Shown here: in pieces, positions 18,624 to 29,834 of the stretch | Position numbering within the stretch: the stretch's first letter is position 1 | Layout of the letters: each line of letters opens with the position of its first letter | Assembly (NCBI GenBank): GCA_016182965.1 | Contig: JACPFM010000024.1 | Span: 15,891-79,890, forward strand | DNA from: Deltaproteobacteria bacterium | GTDB lineage: Bacteria; Myxococcota_A; Polyangia; Polyangiales; JADJMO01 | Direction: 5' to 3' | Length of the DNA stretch: 64,000 bases | Notes under the pieces: model-generated | What the model saw: the letters and a program-made list of their open reading frames with translations, nothing else | Database searches by the model: none | Told to the model about the DNA's origin: nothing | Made by a program: the position numbers and the translations under genes

Positions 18624-19958
18624 ATGCGACCTCTCGCCCTCTTCGGCCTCGCCGCGATCGCCCTGACGACGACCGCGCGCGCAGTCGCCGCGGAGTGGGA
18701 TCCCGGCGAGGGGGCGAAGCTGAAGCTGTCGGCCGACGGCAAGGCGAGCATCCGCTTCCTCACCTGGCATCAGGTGTGGTTGCGGCACGGCGAGCTCAAC
18801 CCCGGCTCGATCGTGCGCGAGCAGGAGCGCGACACGGCGACCGACATCGGCATCCGGCGCTCGCGGTTCCTGATCCACGCGAGGCCCACCGCGGACCTGA
18901 CGATCGTCCTGCACTTCGGGATCAACAACCAGAGCACGGTCGGGGGCGGCTTCGGCGCCGGCACCGACGGACCGAAGAAGCCGCAGCTGTTCGTCCACGA
19001 CGCGTACGGCGAGCAGCGCGTGCTGGGCCAGGCGCTCTACCTCGGCGCCGGGCTGCACTACTGGAACGGGATCTCGCGCATGTCGAGCGCGAGCACCGTC
19101 ACGTTCCTCGGCATCGACTCGCCGATCGTGCACTGGCCGACGATCGACAAGACCGATCAGTTCGCCCGGATGATCGGCGTCTACGCCAAGGGGGAGCTCG
19201 GTCGGGCGCACTACCGTGTCGCGCTGAACCAGCCGTTCGTCACCGAGTCCAAGCCCGCCGAGCGGCGCGCCGACTTCGCGTCCGACACGCGCACCTTCGC
19301 CGTGCAGGGGTACGCGAAGATCGATCTCTTCGACAAGGAGAGCCACGCGCTCCCCTACTTCGCCGGGACGTACCTCGGGAAGAAGCGCGTGCTGTCGCTC
19401 GGCGTCGGCTGGTTCTACCACCCGCGCGGGGCGGTGTGGCTGGAGGACGGCGCGCGCGTGCACGGCGCCGTGCTCCTCCGCGGCCTCGACGCGTTCCTCG
19501 ACCTGCCGATGGACCGCGGTCGTCAGGCGCTCACCGCCTACGCGAGCCTGCTCCACTACGACCTCGGACCGAACTACCTGCGCAGCGTCGGGATCATGAA
19601 CCCATCGACCGGGCTCGCGACCGACGGCCGTACGTCGATCAACGGCGCGGGCAACGCGGCGCCGATCCTCGGCACCGGCACCATCGTCTACGCGCAGGCC
19701 GGTTGGCTGCTGCCCGGAACGCTCGGCGACGCGGGGCGACTGCAGCCGTACGTCGCGTTCACCCTCGCCAGGTTCGACGCGCTCGACGATCGGGTGACCA
19801 TCCCCGAGGCGGGCGTGAACTGGCTGATCGTCGGCCACCACGCGAAGCTCACCCTGCACGCGCGCAGTCGCCCCGTGTTCTTCGCCCAGCCCGACGGACG
19901 TCCCCGCGCCGAGGGGCGCAAGGGCGAGGTCATCGTGCAGGGCCAGTTCTTCTTCTGA
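18624..19958 (+). CDS. outer-membrane porin (phosphate-selective porin O/P-like)
   Basis: Signal peptide [25 protein letters not shown]. Alternating beta-strand-like sequence. C-terminal ...VIVQGQFFF (terminal Phe). Confidence 0.7.
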   Translation: MRPLALFGLAAIALTTTARAVAAEWDPGEGAKLKLSADGKASIRFLTWHQVWLRHGELNPGSIVREQERDTATDIGIRRSRFLIHARPTADLTIVLHFGINNQSTVGGGFGAGTDGPKKPQLFVHDAYGEQRVLGQALYLGAGLHYWNGISRMSSASTVTFLGIDSPIVHWPTIDKTDQFARMIGVYAKGELGRAHYRVALNQPFVTESKPAERRADFASDTRTFAVQGYAKIDLFDKESHALPYFAGTYLGKKRVLSLGVGWFYHPRGAVWLEDGARVHGAVLLRGLDAFLDLPMDRGRQALTAYASLLHYDLGPNYLRSVGIMNPSTGLATDGRTSINGAGNAAPILGTGTIVYAQAGWLLPGTLGDAGRLQPYVAFTLARFDALDDRVTIPEAGVNWLIVGHHAKLTLHARSRPVFFAQPDGRPRAEGRKGEVIVQGQFFF

Positions 19959-19975
19959 CCGCCCAGGAGGACGTC

Positions 19976-21861
19976 ATGGACCGAGCCGAATACGAGCGAC
20001 TGTATGCAGAGAGCCTGCGCGATCCCGAGGCCTTCTGGCGCAAACAGAGCGAGCGGCTGACCTGGTATCACCCGCCGCACTCGATCCTCGACGTCGACCT
20101 GGAGGAGGTCGACTTCTCGTGGTTCTCCGGCGGGCGACTCAACGTGTCGTACAACTGCGTCGACCGGCACGCCGAGACCCGCCCGAACAAGCCCGCGCTC
20201 ATCTGGGTGGAGAACGATCCCGGCAAGCAGCGCGCCTGGACCTTCCGGCAGCTGAAGCACGAGGTCGGGCGGATCGCCAACGTGCTGCGCGCGCACGGCG
20301 TGCGCAAGGGCGATCGCGTGTGCCTGTACATGCCGATGATCCCCGAGCTGGTGTTCACGATGCTCGCCTGCGCGCGCATCGGCGCGGTGCACTCGGTGGT
20401 GTTCGGCGGGTTCTCGTCGGAGTCGCTCCGCGAGCGCATCCTCGACGCGCAGTGCGCGGTGGTCGTCACCGCCAACGAGGGCCCGCGCGGCAACAAGCGG
20501 ATCCCCCTCAAGCAGATCCTCGACGTCGCGCTCGAGGGCGTCGACAGCGTCAAGTACGTCTTCGTCGTCCGGCGCACGGCGACGGAGGTCGCGATGAAGC
20601 AGGGACGCGATCTCTTCCTCGACGAGGAGACCGTCAAGCAGCGCTCGACGTGCCCCGCCCAGTGGATGGCGTCGGAGGATCCGTTGTTCATCCTCTACAC
20701 GTCCGGCTCGACCGGCCGCCCCCCACCGCGGGCTACCTGCTCTACGCGGCGCTGACGCACGAGACGATCTTCGGCGCCGAAGAGGACGCGGTGCACTTCT
20801 GCACGGCAGACGTCGGCTGGATCACTGGACACAGCTACGTCGTCTACGGGCCGCTGGCCAACGGCGTGACCACCGTCCTCTTCGAGGGTCAGCCGACGTG
20901 GCCCAACGCGGGGAGGTGCTGGGACATCGTAGACGCGGTGAAGGCGACCTCGTTCTACACCGCGCCGACCGCCCTGCGGTCGCTGATCGCGGAGGGCGAT
21001 CAGCACCTCGAGCGGTCCTCGCGCGAGTCGCTGCGCGTCCTCGGCTGCGCCGGCGAGCCGATCAACCCGGAGGTCTGGCGCTGGTACCACGAGAAGGTCG
21101 GCCGCGGGCGCTGCATGGTCGCCGACACGTGGTGGCAGACGGAGACCGGCGGCGTCCTGGTCGCCCCGATCCCCGGCGCGGTCGACGAGCTCAAGCCCGG
21201 CTCGGCGATGAAGCCTTTCTTCGGCATCGAGCCGATCCTCGTCGACGAGGAGGGCCGCGTCGTCGACGGCAACGGCGTCAGCGGCAACCTGTGCATCGCG
21301 CGTCCGTGGCCCGGGCAGGCCCGCACGCTGTGGGGCGATCACCGGCGCTTCCGCGAGACCTACTTCGGCAGGTTCCCGAGCCTGTACTTCACCGGCGACG
21401 GCTGCCGTCGCGACGAGGACGGCGATCTGTGGATCACCGGACGCGTCGACGACGTCCTCAACGTGTCGGGTCACCGCCTCGGCACCGCCGAGATCGAGAG
21501 CGCGCTGGTGGCGCACGAGGCCGTCGCCGAGGCGGCGGTGGTCGGCATCCCGCACGCCATCAAGGGAACCGGCATCTACGCCTACGTCACCGTCCGCGCC
21601 GACGCGGCCGAGTGGCCGTCGGAGCAGCTCGTCGGCGCGCTCAAGGAGCAGGTCCGCCACGTGATCGGCCCGATCGCGACGCCGGACGGCATCCGCGTGG
21701 TCGCCGGGCTCCCCAAGACGCGTTCCGGGAAGATCGTGCGGCGCCTGCTGCGCACCATCGCGATCGGCGGATCGGACTGGGGCGACGTCTCGACGCTCGC
21801 CGATCCGAGCGTGCTCGACGAGCTGACCAAGGGACGCGCCGCTCCGGCGCAGGCTACGTGA
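19976..21861 (+). pseudogene. acs: acetyl-CoA synthetase, disrupted (deletion plus frameshift in the P-loop)
   Basis: RBS GGAGGA at 19963-19968. Codons 1-249 read ...[16 protein letters not shown], then run to a stop at 20753-20755. The remainder ([75 protein letters not shown]) continues in the -1 frame to 21861. The conserved KGVLH(T) is missing at 20722/20723. Confidence 0.85.
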
Positions 21862-21871
21862 AGGAGGCGAG

Positions 21872-22252
21872 ATGTCGAACGAGAAGACGTCGGAGAAGCT
21901 GGCTCGTGATCTCGATCGCCTCGCGTCGATGCGCGCCCGCGTCGCCCTGGGGCTCACCGCGGCGATGCTCGTGTCCTACTTCGGATTCATCCTGCTCGTG
22001 GCGTTCCGCAAGCCCATGCTCGGAGCGACGATCGTGCCGGGCTTGAGCCTCGGCATCGCGCTCGGCGCGGCGGTGATCGCGATCGCCTGGACGCTCACGG
22101 GCATCTACCTGCGCTGGGCCGGCGCCCGCTGGGACACGGCGGTGGAGGCGCTCCGGCGCGAGCACGGCCTCGCCCCGGCGCCGGCGGCCGCGACGGCCGA
22201 GGCGATCGTGATCGTCCCGGTCTCGCCGTCGGTCGCGCCGGAGGCGTCGTGA
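21872..22252 (+). CDS. DUF485 (YjcH-like) inner-membrane protein
   Basis: 126 aa with two TM segments (LGLTAAMLVSYFGFILLVAF, LGIALGAAVIAIAWTLTGIYL). Precedes actP and overlaps it by 4 nt, as yjcH-actP does in E. coli. Confidence 0.8.
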   Translation: MSNEKTSEKLARDLDRLASMRARVALGLTAAMLVSYFGFILLVAFRKPMLGATIVPGLSLGIALGAAVIAIAWTLTGIYLRWAGARWDTAVEALRREHGLAPAPAAATAEAIVIVPVSPSVAPEAS

Positions 22253-23781
22253 CGACGTCGCTCGGGCAGCCGAGCGGGACGGCCGTCGCGTTCTTCGTGG
22301 TGTTCATCGGGCTGACGCTGGCGATCACCGGCTGGGCGGCGCGCAAGACCAAGAGCACCTCCGAGTTCTTCACCGCTGGCGGCAACGTGACCGGCGCGCA
22401 GAACGGCTTCGCGCTCGCCGGCGACTTCATGAGCGCCGCGAGCTTCCTCGGCATCGCGGGGCTCGTCGCGCAGTCCGGCTTCGACGGGCTGATCTACTCC
22501 GTCGGTTGGCTGGTCGGCTGGCCGGTCGTCACCTTCCTCGTCGCGGAGCCGCTCCGCAACCTCGGCAAGTACACGTTCGCCGACGTCCTCGCGGCGCGGC
22601 TGCGTCAGCGTCCGATCCGGATCGCCGCGGCGTTCTCCGGCCTCACGGTGGTCGGGTTCTACCTGATCGCGCAGATGGTCGGCGCGGGCTCGCTCGTGCA
22701 GCTCCTGTTCGGGCTCTCGTACGAGACGGCGGTGCTGGCGGTCGGCGGCGTGATGCTCGTCTACGTGCTGTTCGGCGGGATGATCGCGACGACGTGGGTG
22801 CAGATCGTGAAGGCGGTGCTGCTCCTCGGCGGCGCGATCCTGCTCGCGGCGATGACGCTGTCGAAGTTCGGTTGGAGCCCGCTCCGGCTGTTCGACGCGG
22901 CGGCCACGAAGTACGGGCCGGCGGTCCTCGCGCCCGGCAAGCTGGTGACCCGGCCGCTCGAGGCGATCTCGCTGGGGATCGCTCTGATCTTCGGGACCGC
23001 GGGGCTGCCGCACATCCTCATGCGCTTCTACACCGTGCGCGACGCGAAGACCGCCCGCGCCTCGGTCTTCTACGCGACCGGGATCATCGGGCTGTTCTAT
23101 CTGGTGACGTTCGTCCTCGGCTTCGGCGCCGCGGTGCTCGTCGGACGCGACTCGATCGCGTCGGTCGAGAAGGGGGGCAACATGGCGGCGCCGCTGCTCG
23201 CGGAGGTCCTCGGCGGGCGCCCGATGCTCGGCTTCGTCTCCGCCGTGGCGTTCGCCACGATCCTCGCCGTCGTCGCCGGTCTCACGCTCTCGGGCGCGGC
23301 GGCCCTCTCGCACGACCTCTGGGTCTCGGTGGTGAAGCGCGGGAAGGCGAGCGAGGACGAGCAGCTCTTGGTCGCCAAATCGGCGACGGTCGCGCTCGCC
23401 GTCTCCGCGATCGGGCTCGGGATCGCGTTCAAGGGTCAGAACGTCGCGTTCATGGTCGGCCTCGCCTTCGCCATCGCGGCGAGCGCGAACTTCCCCGCGC
23501 TCTTGATGAGCGTGACGTGGCGTCGGTTCACGACGCGCGGGGCCGTCGCCAGCATGGTCACCGGCACGGTCGTCTCGCTCGGTTTGATCGTGATGTCGCC
23601 GACGGTGCAGGTCGATCTGCTGCACCACGCGAGCGCGCTGTTCCCGCTGAAGAACCCCGCGCTGATCAGCGTCCCGCTGTCGTTCGTCGTCGGGATCGTG
23701 GTGTCGCTGCTCGCGCCGGAGCCCGAGTCGGAGTCCGCCTGGGCGGGCGTGCGGGCGCGCATGTACCTCGGCGACGGCTGA
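22249..23781 (+). CDS. actP: cation/acetate symporter (SSF family)
   Basis: FFTAGGNVTGAQNGFALAGDFMSAASFLGIAGL, GLPHILMRFYTV. Polytopic, and located in the acs/DUF485 context. Confidence 0.9.
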   Translation: MTTSLGQPSGTAVAFFVVFIGLTLAITGWAARKTKSTSEFFTAGGNVTGAQNGFALAGDFMSAASFLGIAGLVAQSGFDGLIYSVGWLVGWPVVTFLVAEPLRNLGKYTFADVLAARLRQRPIRIAAAFSGLTVVGFYLIAQMVGAGSLVQLLFGLSYETAVLAVGGVMLVYVLFGGMIATTWVQIVKAVLLLGGAILLAAMTLSKFGWSPLRLFDAAATKYGPAVLAPGKLVTRPLEAISLGIALIFGTAGLPHILMRFYTVRDAKTARASVFYATGIIGLFYLVTFVLGFGAAVLVGRDSIASVEKGGNMAAPLLAEVLGGRPMLGFVSAVAFATILAVVAGLTLSGAAALSHDLWVSVVKRGKASEDEQLLVAKSATVALAVSAIGLGIAFKGQNVAFMVGLAFAIAASANFPALLMSVTWRRFTTRGAVASMVTGTVVSLGLIVMSPTVQVDLLHHASALFPLKNPALISVPLSFVVGIVVSLLAPEPESESAWAGVRARMYLGDG

Positions 23782-23835
23782 TGTCGCGTGGCGCTCCCTC
23801 GACGGCCGTCCGCGGTCGGGCTATCGCAGTGCGTC

Positions 23836-24678
<843 letters not shown>

Positions 24679-25198
24679 CGCGGATCGCCTCGACGAAGCG
24701 CTGCGCCTCTCGATCGTCGACCACCGACAGCGCCTCGAGCTGCGCGGGCCGCTGGCCGAGCGCGATCAGCAAGAGCTCGAGCGCCCGCTGCGCGCCGATC
24801 GCGGCGGCGTGGCGCCCGGGGAGCTCGATCGCCGCGCGCCGCACGCGCAGGCCGTCGAGCGCGTCGAGCACGTCGGACAGCGCGGCGAGGTACCGCTGCT
24901 CGTCGAAGGTCGCGCGCGGACCGAGCCCGACGAGGAGCACCTTGTCGAAGGGCAGCCGCGGCCGCGCGGGGAGCAGGAGGCGCTCGCCGATCGCGCCGGT
25001 GAGGAACCCGCCGAGGCACAGCCGGGAGAGGCGCGCGCCGAGCCGCCAGTCGACGAGGCCCGCGGCGCCGCGCGGTGGCGAATCGTCGTCGAAGCACGCG
25101 CCGACCAGCACGTCGGCGCCCGCGCGATCGAGCGCGCGCAGATCGCGCTCGATCCACCCGAGCTCGAGGCCGATCGGGAGCGCGTCGGTCATGCCCCC

Positions 25199-25699
25199 TC
25201 AGCGGCGGCGAGGCGGTCGTCGGGACGGACGGTCTTCGCGGCCGCGGCCGGCGTCGTCGGCGACCCGCTCGAGGATGCCGTTGACGAACTTGGCCGAGTC
25301 GTCGCCGCCGTAGCGCTTGGCGAGCTCGACCGCCTCGTCGATGGCGACCGGCCGCGGGACGTCGCGGCGCGCGACGAGCTCGAGCGTGGCGACCCGCAAG
25401 ACGTTGCGATCGACCCGCGGCATCCGCTCGAGGCGCCAGTTGGTGCTCGCCTTGCGGATGGCCTCGTCGACCTCGTCGAAGCGGGGGGCGAGATCGCGCA
25501 GGAGCGACTCGGCGAAGGCGCGCGCCTCGGGATCGAGCTCCTCGGCCTGCGCGTCGGGGTCCTCGAACGACCGGAAATAGGTCGCGATCGCCTGATCGAC
25601 GTCGATGGTCCGACGCCGCTCGCCCTCCAGCATCCCGGCCGCGTCGAGGCCGTAGAGGACCTGCAGCGCCACCGCTCGTCCGCCCGTCCTTGCACCCAT
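25199..25699 (-). CDS. nusB: transcription antitermination factor NusB
   Basis: ATG at 25699. RAVALQVLYGLD..., WRLERMPRVDRNVLRVATLEL, AIDEAVELAKRYGGDDSAKFVNGILERV. Confidence 0.85.
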   Translation of the reverse strand: MGARTGGRAVALQVLYGLDAAGMLEGERRRTIDVDQAIATYFRSFEDPDAQAEELDPEARAFAESLLRDLAPRFDEVDEAIRKASTNWRLERMPRVDRNVLRVATLELVARRDVPRPVAIDEAVELAKRYGGDDSAKFVNGILERVADDAGRGREDRPSRRPPRRR

Positions 25700-25771
25700 G
25701 CCCGACCCCCTGTAGTTCCTCGCCGTCCCGCGGTCGAGAGTGCCCTGCACCTCGCCGCGCGACGAACCGCC

Positions 25772-26890
25772 ATGCAATCGTCGCCCCCTTCACGGCGAGA
25801 AGGCTTCGCGGCGCTGCGCGACGCGCTCCGCGACCGGCTGCGCTCGGTCCTGTCGCGCCACGGCCGGAAGCTGTGGTGGCTCCACTCCTTCTACGCGCTC
25901 GCCCTCGGCGTCTCGGTGGTCCTGTTCGCCCAGAAGGGGCTCGCCCACGCGCGCTGGCTCGCCATCTCCATCGTCCTGGCGTGGCTGCTGGTCATCGCGC
26001 TGTTCCGCATCTTCGGATCGGGCGCGACGCAGGAGAGCTTCGAGGCGCCGGCGTCGCGGATCGCGCCGCCGACCACCAGCACGAGCCCCGGCGCGCAGCT
26101 GCGGTTCCTGGTGATGACGTACGTGCTGAAGAACCTCTACCAGGGGATGCTCTTCTTCCTGCTGCCCTTCTATTGGAAGTCGAGCACCTTCGGCACGCTC
26201 AACATGTCGTTCGTCGCGCTGCTCGGGCTCTGCGCGCTGGCCGCGACGCTCGACGTGGTGTTCGACGAGCTGATCATGCGAAGGCGCCTGCTCGCGTCGC
26301 TGTTCCACGGCTTCACATTGTTCGCGACCATGACGTTGCTGGTCCCGGCGGTGTTCACCGAGACGCGCACGCTCCACGCGCTGGTCGCGGCGGCCGCGGT
26401 CACCGTGCTGGCCTTCTGGACGCTGCACGTGTCGCCGCGCGCGTTCCTCCGCAACCGCAACCTCGCGCTGCTGGTCGGCACCGTCATCGCCGGGATGGCG
26501 CTCGCCTGGTTCGGTCGGGCGCTGGTCCCGCCCGTCCCGATGTACGTGGCGCACGCCGCGGTCGGCCCGATGATCCTCGCCGACGGTCGCCTGCAGATGG
26601 AGGTGTCGACGCTGCACACCTCGGCGATCCGACAGCTCGTCGCCGTCACCGATGTCGTCGTTCCGGCCGGCGTCGGTGACGAGCTGCACCACGTCTGGCG
26701 CCGGGAAGGCGAGCCGGTGCATCGGAACGCCGCGCCGCAGCGCGTCAAAGGACCGAGCGGGACGCTCCGGCTCCAGTCGATGATCGGCGGCGAGCGCCTG
26801 CCCAAGGACCTCGCCGGCGCGTGGTCGGTCGACGTGGTGACGCGCGACGGTCAGCTCGTCGGTCGCCTGGCCTTCCTGGTCATCGAGTGA
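25772..26890 (+). CDS. integral membrane protein with C-terminal DUF2914-like beta domain
   Basis: ATG at 25772; 372 aa with about 7 TM segments. The C-terminal soluble part (HHVWRREGEPV...GAWSVDVVTRDGQLVGRLAFLV) resembles DUF2914 from memory. The part of the track ORF upstream of 25772 is the antisense shadow of nusB. Confidence 0.6.
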   Translation: MQSSPPSRREGFAALRDALRDRLRSVLSRHGRKLWWLHSFYALALGVSVVLFAQKGLAHARWLAISIVLAWLLVIALFRIFGSGATQESFEAPASRIAPPTTSTSPGAQLRFLVMTYVLKNLYQGMLFFLLPFYWKSSTFGTLNMSFVALLGLCALAATLDVVFDELIMRRRLLASLFHGFTLFATMTLLVPAVFTETRTLHALVAAAAVTVLAFWTLHVSPRAFLRNRNLALLVGTVIAGMALAWFGRALVPPVPMYVAHAAVGPMILADGRLQMEVSTLHTSAIRQLVAVTDVVVPAGVGDELHHVWRREGEPVHRNAAPQRVKGPSGTLRLQSMIGGERLPKDLAGAWSVDVVTRDGQLVGRLAFLVIE

Positions 26891-27162
26891 CGCCCGTGCG
26901 TACGCGCAGACGTTGACATGGCGCTTGCAGCGCCCTGCTCGCATGGGCCCCGGCATCCTCGAACGGCTCGTCACGGCGCTCTTCGGGAGACCTTGCGCCA
27001 AGATGCCACGGGACGAGCGCGGACGAACGCAGCGATCGGCCGAGCCCGCACCGGAGCGAGCCGGGCCGTCCGACGAGCGCGCCGCGCGCCCGACCCGACG
27101 GGCGCGTTTCGTGGTCCCCGGTCCGGCGCAGCACCTCCCGAGCTGGATCGAGGGCGCCGACG

Positions 27163-29154
27163 TCAGCGCGCGAACCTCTCGCCATTCCATCCGAAGCTGA
27201 CGCTGGTCTCGCTGCCCCAGGGCAGGAGCAACGGCTCGAGGCCGGGCGTCGGCTCCTCCTTGCCGAACGGCCAGCTCGCCTTGTCGAAGCCCTTCGCGCT
27301 GCCCTTCATCAGCTCGATCTTGCCGGGCGTGCCCCCCTTCGCGGTGATGATGCGGAAGCTCGCCTCCACGCGATCGCTGCCCATCGCGCGCGACGTCTCG
27401 GCGCCGAACACCTGCGCGATCGCGAGCCCCTTGCCTTGAGGCTTGGGCGAGTAGACGAGCAGCACCTCGCGGAGGACCTCCTTCTCGGTCTTGTCGGACC
27501 CGCCGGTGAGCTTCGCGCGCAGGATCCCTCGGACGATCAGATCGTCGCGCCCGTCGCCGGTGAGATCCTTCGCGGTGACGTCGAGGATGTCCTTGTCGTT
27601 GGCGAAGCGGCCGAGGCCGAGGACGGCGTAGCCGCCGTCTCCGGTGGCGATCACCAGCTCGCGCCCGAAGAGCGCCGCGCGCCCTTTCTTGCCGGGGATC
27701 ACCGTCGCCGCCACGTCGATGCGCCCGGCGGCGCCCTCGGGCAGGCCCTTGTCCTTCTTGTATCGGGCGAGCGCCGCGGTCACGAGATCGCCGGTGGGCA
27801 CCGGCTCCGCGGTCTTGGCCGGCTGCGCCGTCTCGACGGCCTTCGCGGGCTCCACCGTCTTCGGCGTGGGCTTCTGCGCGACCTCTTTGTCCTTGGTGAA
27901 CGACGCGCCGTTCCACGTGAACGTGCGCTCCTTCACCGCGCCCCACGGCCAGAGGATCGGATCGACGTCGGCGGCGATCGGCTCGGCGTAGCCGTCGACC
28001 GTCCAGCCCTTCGGCTTCTCGTAACCGACCGTGATGCTCGGCTTCTTGCCGGCGCCGAACGTCACCACGTCGCGCAGCGCGTTGCCGCCCGACTCGACGA
28101 GCGTCTCGTGCGCGAACACGCGCGAGGGCACCGCGCCGGAGAACGCCCACACCGAGAGCGCCTCGCGCGTCGTGCCCGCGCCCTTGGTCCGCGTGGTCAG
28201 CACCAGATCGGACTTGCCGTCGGCATTGGCGTCGCGCAGGTCGACCGCCACCACGTCGGCGCCGAGGTCGACGCCGAGCCACTGCTTGCCCTCCTTGAAG
28301 GTCGGCCCGAGGACGTACAGCGAGCGCCCGAGGAAGATCAGCCGCTCGGCGAGCGCGTCGCCGGTGACGTCGGCGAGGACCTGGAAGGCCACGTCCTTGA
28401 GGTTCTGCTTCTTGGCCGCGAGCGCCGCGGGCAGCGACTGCTCCGGCTCGGTGAGCAGCCCGCCGAGCGCGCCGGGCGCGTCGACGGAGCCCGGGCCCGT
28501 CGCCTTGATCGCCCGCACGGCCTTTCCTGCAGGGTCGCCGTCGTAGGCGCGGAGGGCGCCGCGGAGGCCGACCCGGAGCTTCTTGCCGTCTGGGAACGCC
28601 GACCACGGGACGAACGCCTCGAGCGTGTACCCGCCGCCGGCGCGGTTCGCCTCGATGATCTTCGCGCCGTCGATGGTCTTGCCGGCGAGCGGCCCGGCCC
28701 GGAACTTCACGACGCCGGAACTGGACCCGGGAACGCCCGCGTAGAACCCGATCTCGTGCACCGCCGCGGCCTCGAGGCCCTTGGCGACGCCGGCCTTGGG
28801 GAAGGCGATGATCAGCGACACGCAGTCCTCGGTCGGGCCGAACGACGACGTGCGGGCGATGCCGCCGGCCTTGGCCACCTCGGCGCCGACCCACACGCCC
28901 TGGTCGTCGTACCCGGCGAAGAAGGTCGCCTTGGAGGTGCCGGGCTGGATCGACTCGTTGCCCGGGTTGGTCCCCGGCCAGTCCTTCATCTTGCCGTCGA
29001 GCTTGATGGCGTTGGGCGCGAGGTGGTCGAGGATGACGTCGGCGGCGCCGGCCGATCGGGCGGAGAGCAGGGCGGCGACGATCACGGCGGCGGCCGCGGC
29101 CGTGGAGGCGATGGGGGTGCGGACGAGGGGGGGCATGCCTTGCGTGGGACGCAT
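27163..29154 (-). CDS. large secreted hypothetical protein with FG-GAP-like loops
   Basis: Signal MRPTQGMPPLVRTPIASTAAAAAVIVAALLSARSAGAADV. DANADGKSDLVL and DLTGDGRDDLIV loops. Lys-rich linker KPTPKTVEPAKAVETAQPAKTAEP. Start alternatives at 29136 and 29217. Confidence 0.7.
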   Translation of the reverse strand: MRPTQGMPPLVRTPIASTAAAAAVIVAALLSARSAGAADVILDHLAPNAIKLDGKMKDWPGTNPGNESIQPGTSKATFFAGYDDQGVWVGAEVAKAGGIARTSSFGPTEDCVSLIIAFPKAGVAKGLEAAAVHEIGFYAGVPGSSSGVVKFRAGPLAGKTIDGAKIIEANRAGGGYTLEAFVPWSAFPDGKKLRVGLRGALRAYDGDPAGKAVRAIKATGPGSVDAPGALGGLLTEPEQSLPAALAAKKQNLKDVAFQVLADVTGDALAERLIFLGRSLYVLGPTFKEGKQWLGVDLGADVVAVDLRDANADGKSDLVLTTRTKGAGTTREALSVWAFSGAVPSRVFAHETLVESGGNALRDVVTFGAGKKPSITVGYEKPKGWTVDGYAEPIAADVDPILWPWGAVKERTFTWNGASFTKDKEVAQKPTPKTVEPAKAVETAQPAKTAEPVPTGDLVTAALARYKKDKGLPEGAAGRIDVAATVIPGKKGRAALFGRELVIATGDGGYAVLGLGRFANDKDILDVTAKDLTGDGRDDLIVRGILRAKLTGGSDKTEKEVLREVLLVYSPKPQGKGLAIAQVFGAETSRAMGSDRVEASFRIITAKGGTPGKIELMKGSAKGFDKASWPFGKEEPTPGLEPLLLPWGSETSVSFGWNGERFAR

Positions 29155-29267
29155 GATCGGCCGGATTGTTCGCCCGCGGAAGCCGGACCTTGGGGTCCCG
29201 CACGCCCGAGCCCGCACGGAACACTGGGCGCGAGCCGACCCGGTCCCGATTCTGGTAACGTCGCCGG

Positions 29268-29834
29268 GTGCAGGTCGCGCCGAGGGTCGTTCGTGAGGGT
29301 CTCGTGCTCCGGGAGGCGACCCGGCTCGACGCGCATGCCATCGCCCGCATCCTGAAGGAGGTCTCCGACCTCGGGCTGGTCGCCCGAGCCGACGAGGTCG
29401 ATCCCGCGGCGGTGTCCCGGCAGATCGAGGTCGCCCGCGCCGCGGCCAACAGCCTGGTGATCGTCGCCGCCGTCCCCGATCGCGCCGTCCCCGACCATGA
29501 GGACGACAAGGTGATCGGCCTGCTCACATTGGAGGGCGCCCCGCTCCTGCGACTGCACGACGTCGCGCGCCTGAACATGGCGGTGACGCCCGCCTTTCAC
29601 AGCCAGGGCATCGGCCGGGAGCTCGTGGAGTACGCCACCCACTGCGCCGACGCTTCCGGTCAGATCCGCAAGATCGAGCTCCTCATCCGCGCCAACAACG
29701 ACCGCGCGCTGCGGCTCTTCGAGGGGCTCGGGTTCGTCGAGGAGGGTCGCCTCCGCGCCCGCCTGCGGCGCGACGACGGCAGCTACGTCGACGACGTCTG
29801 CATGGCGCGCTTCAAGCCGGAACAGGGTCGATGA
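29268..29834 (+). CDS. GNAT family N-acetyltransferase
   Basis: Acetyl-CoA binding motif region LNMAVTPAFHSQGIGRELVEYA...NDRALRLFEGLGFVEEG. Confidence 0.8.
   Translation: MQVAPRVVREGLVLREATRLDAHAIARILKEVSDLGLVARADEVDPAAVSRQIEVARAAANSLVIVAAVPDRAVPDHEDDKVIGLLTLEGAPLLRLHDVARLNMAVTPAFHSQGIGRELVEYATHCADASGQIRKIELLIRANNDRALRLFEGLGFVEEGRLRARLRRDDGSYVDDVCMARFKPEQGR

Noticed and set aside
18512-19975. N-terminal 488 aa of ORF 18512..20755 upstream of the acs ATG
   Set aside because: It overlaps the porin gene out of frame. Acs homology begins exactly at [14 protein letters not shown] (19976), which has a GGAGGA RBS.
26913-26934. TTGACA hexamer followed by the small hairpin GGCGCT-TGC-AGCGCC after the 25772-26890 gene
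   Set aside because: No acceptable -10 element lies at 16-18 nt. The hairpin has a 3-nt loop and a 6-bp stem only. This is too weak to call a promoter or terminator.
25790-29578. 1262-aa minus-strand ORF, the longest in the track
   Set aside because: Arg/Ala/Gly/Pro-rich low-complexity translation with no recognisable domain. It overlaps well-supported genes on both strands (25772-26890 membrane protein, 27163-29154 secreted protein in another frame, GNAT). This is a typical stop-free shadow frame of high-GC DNA.
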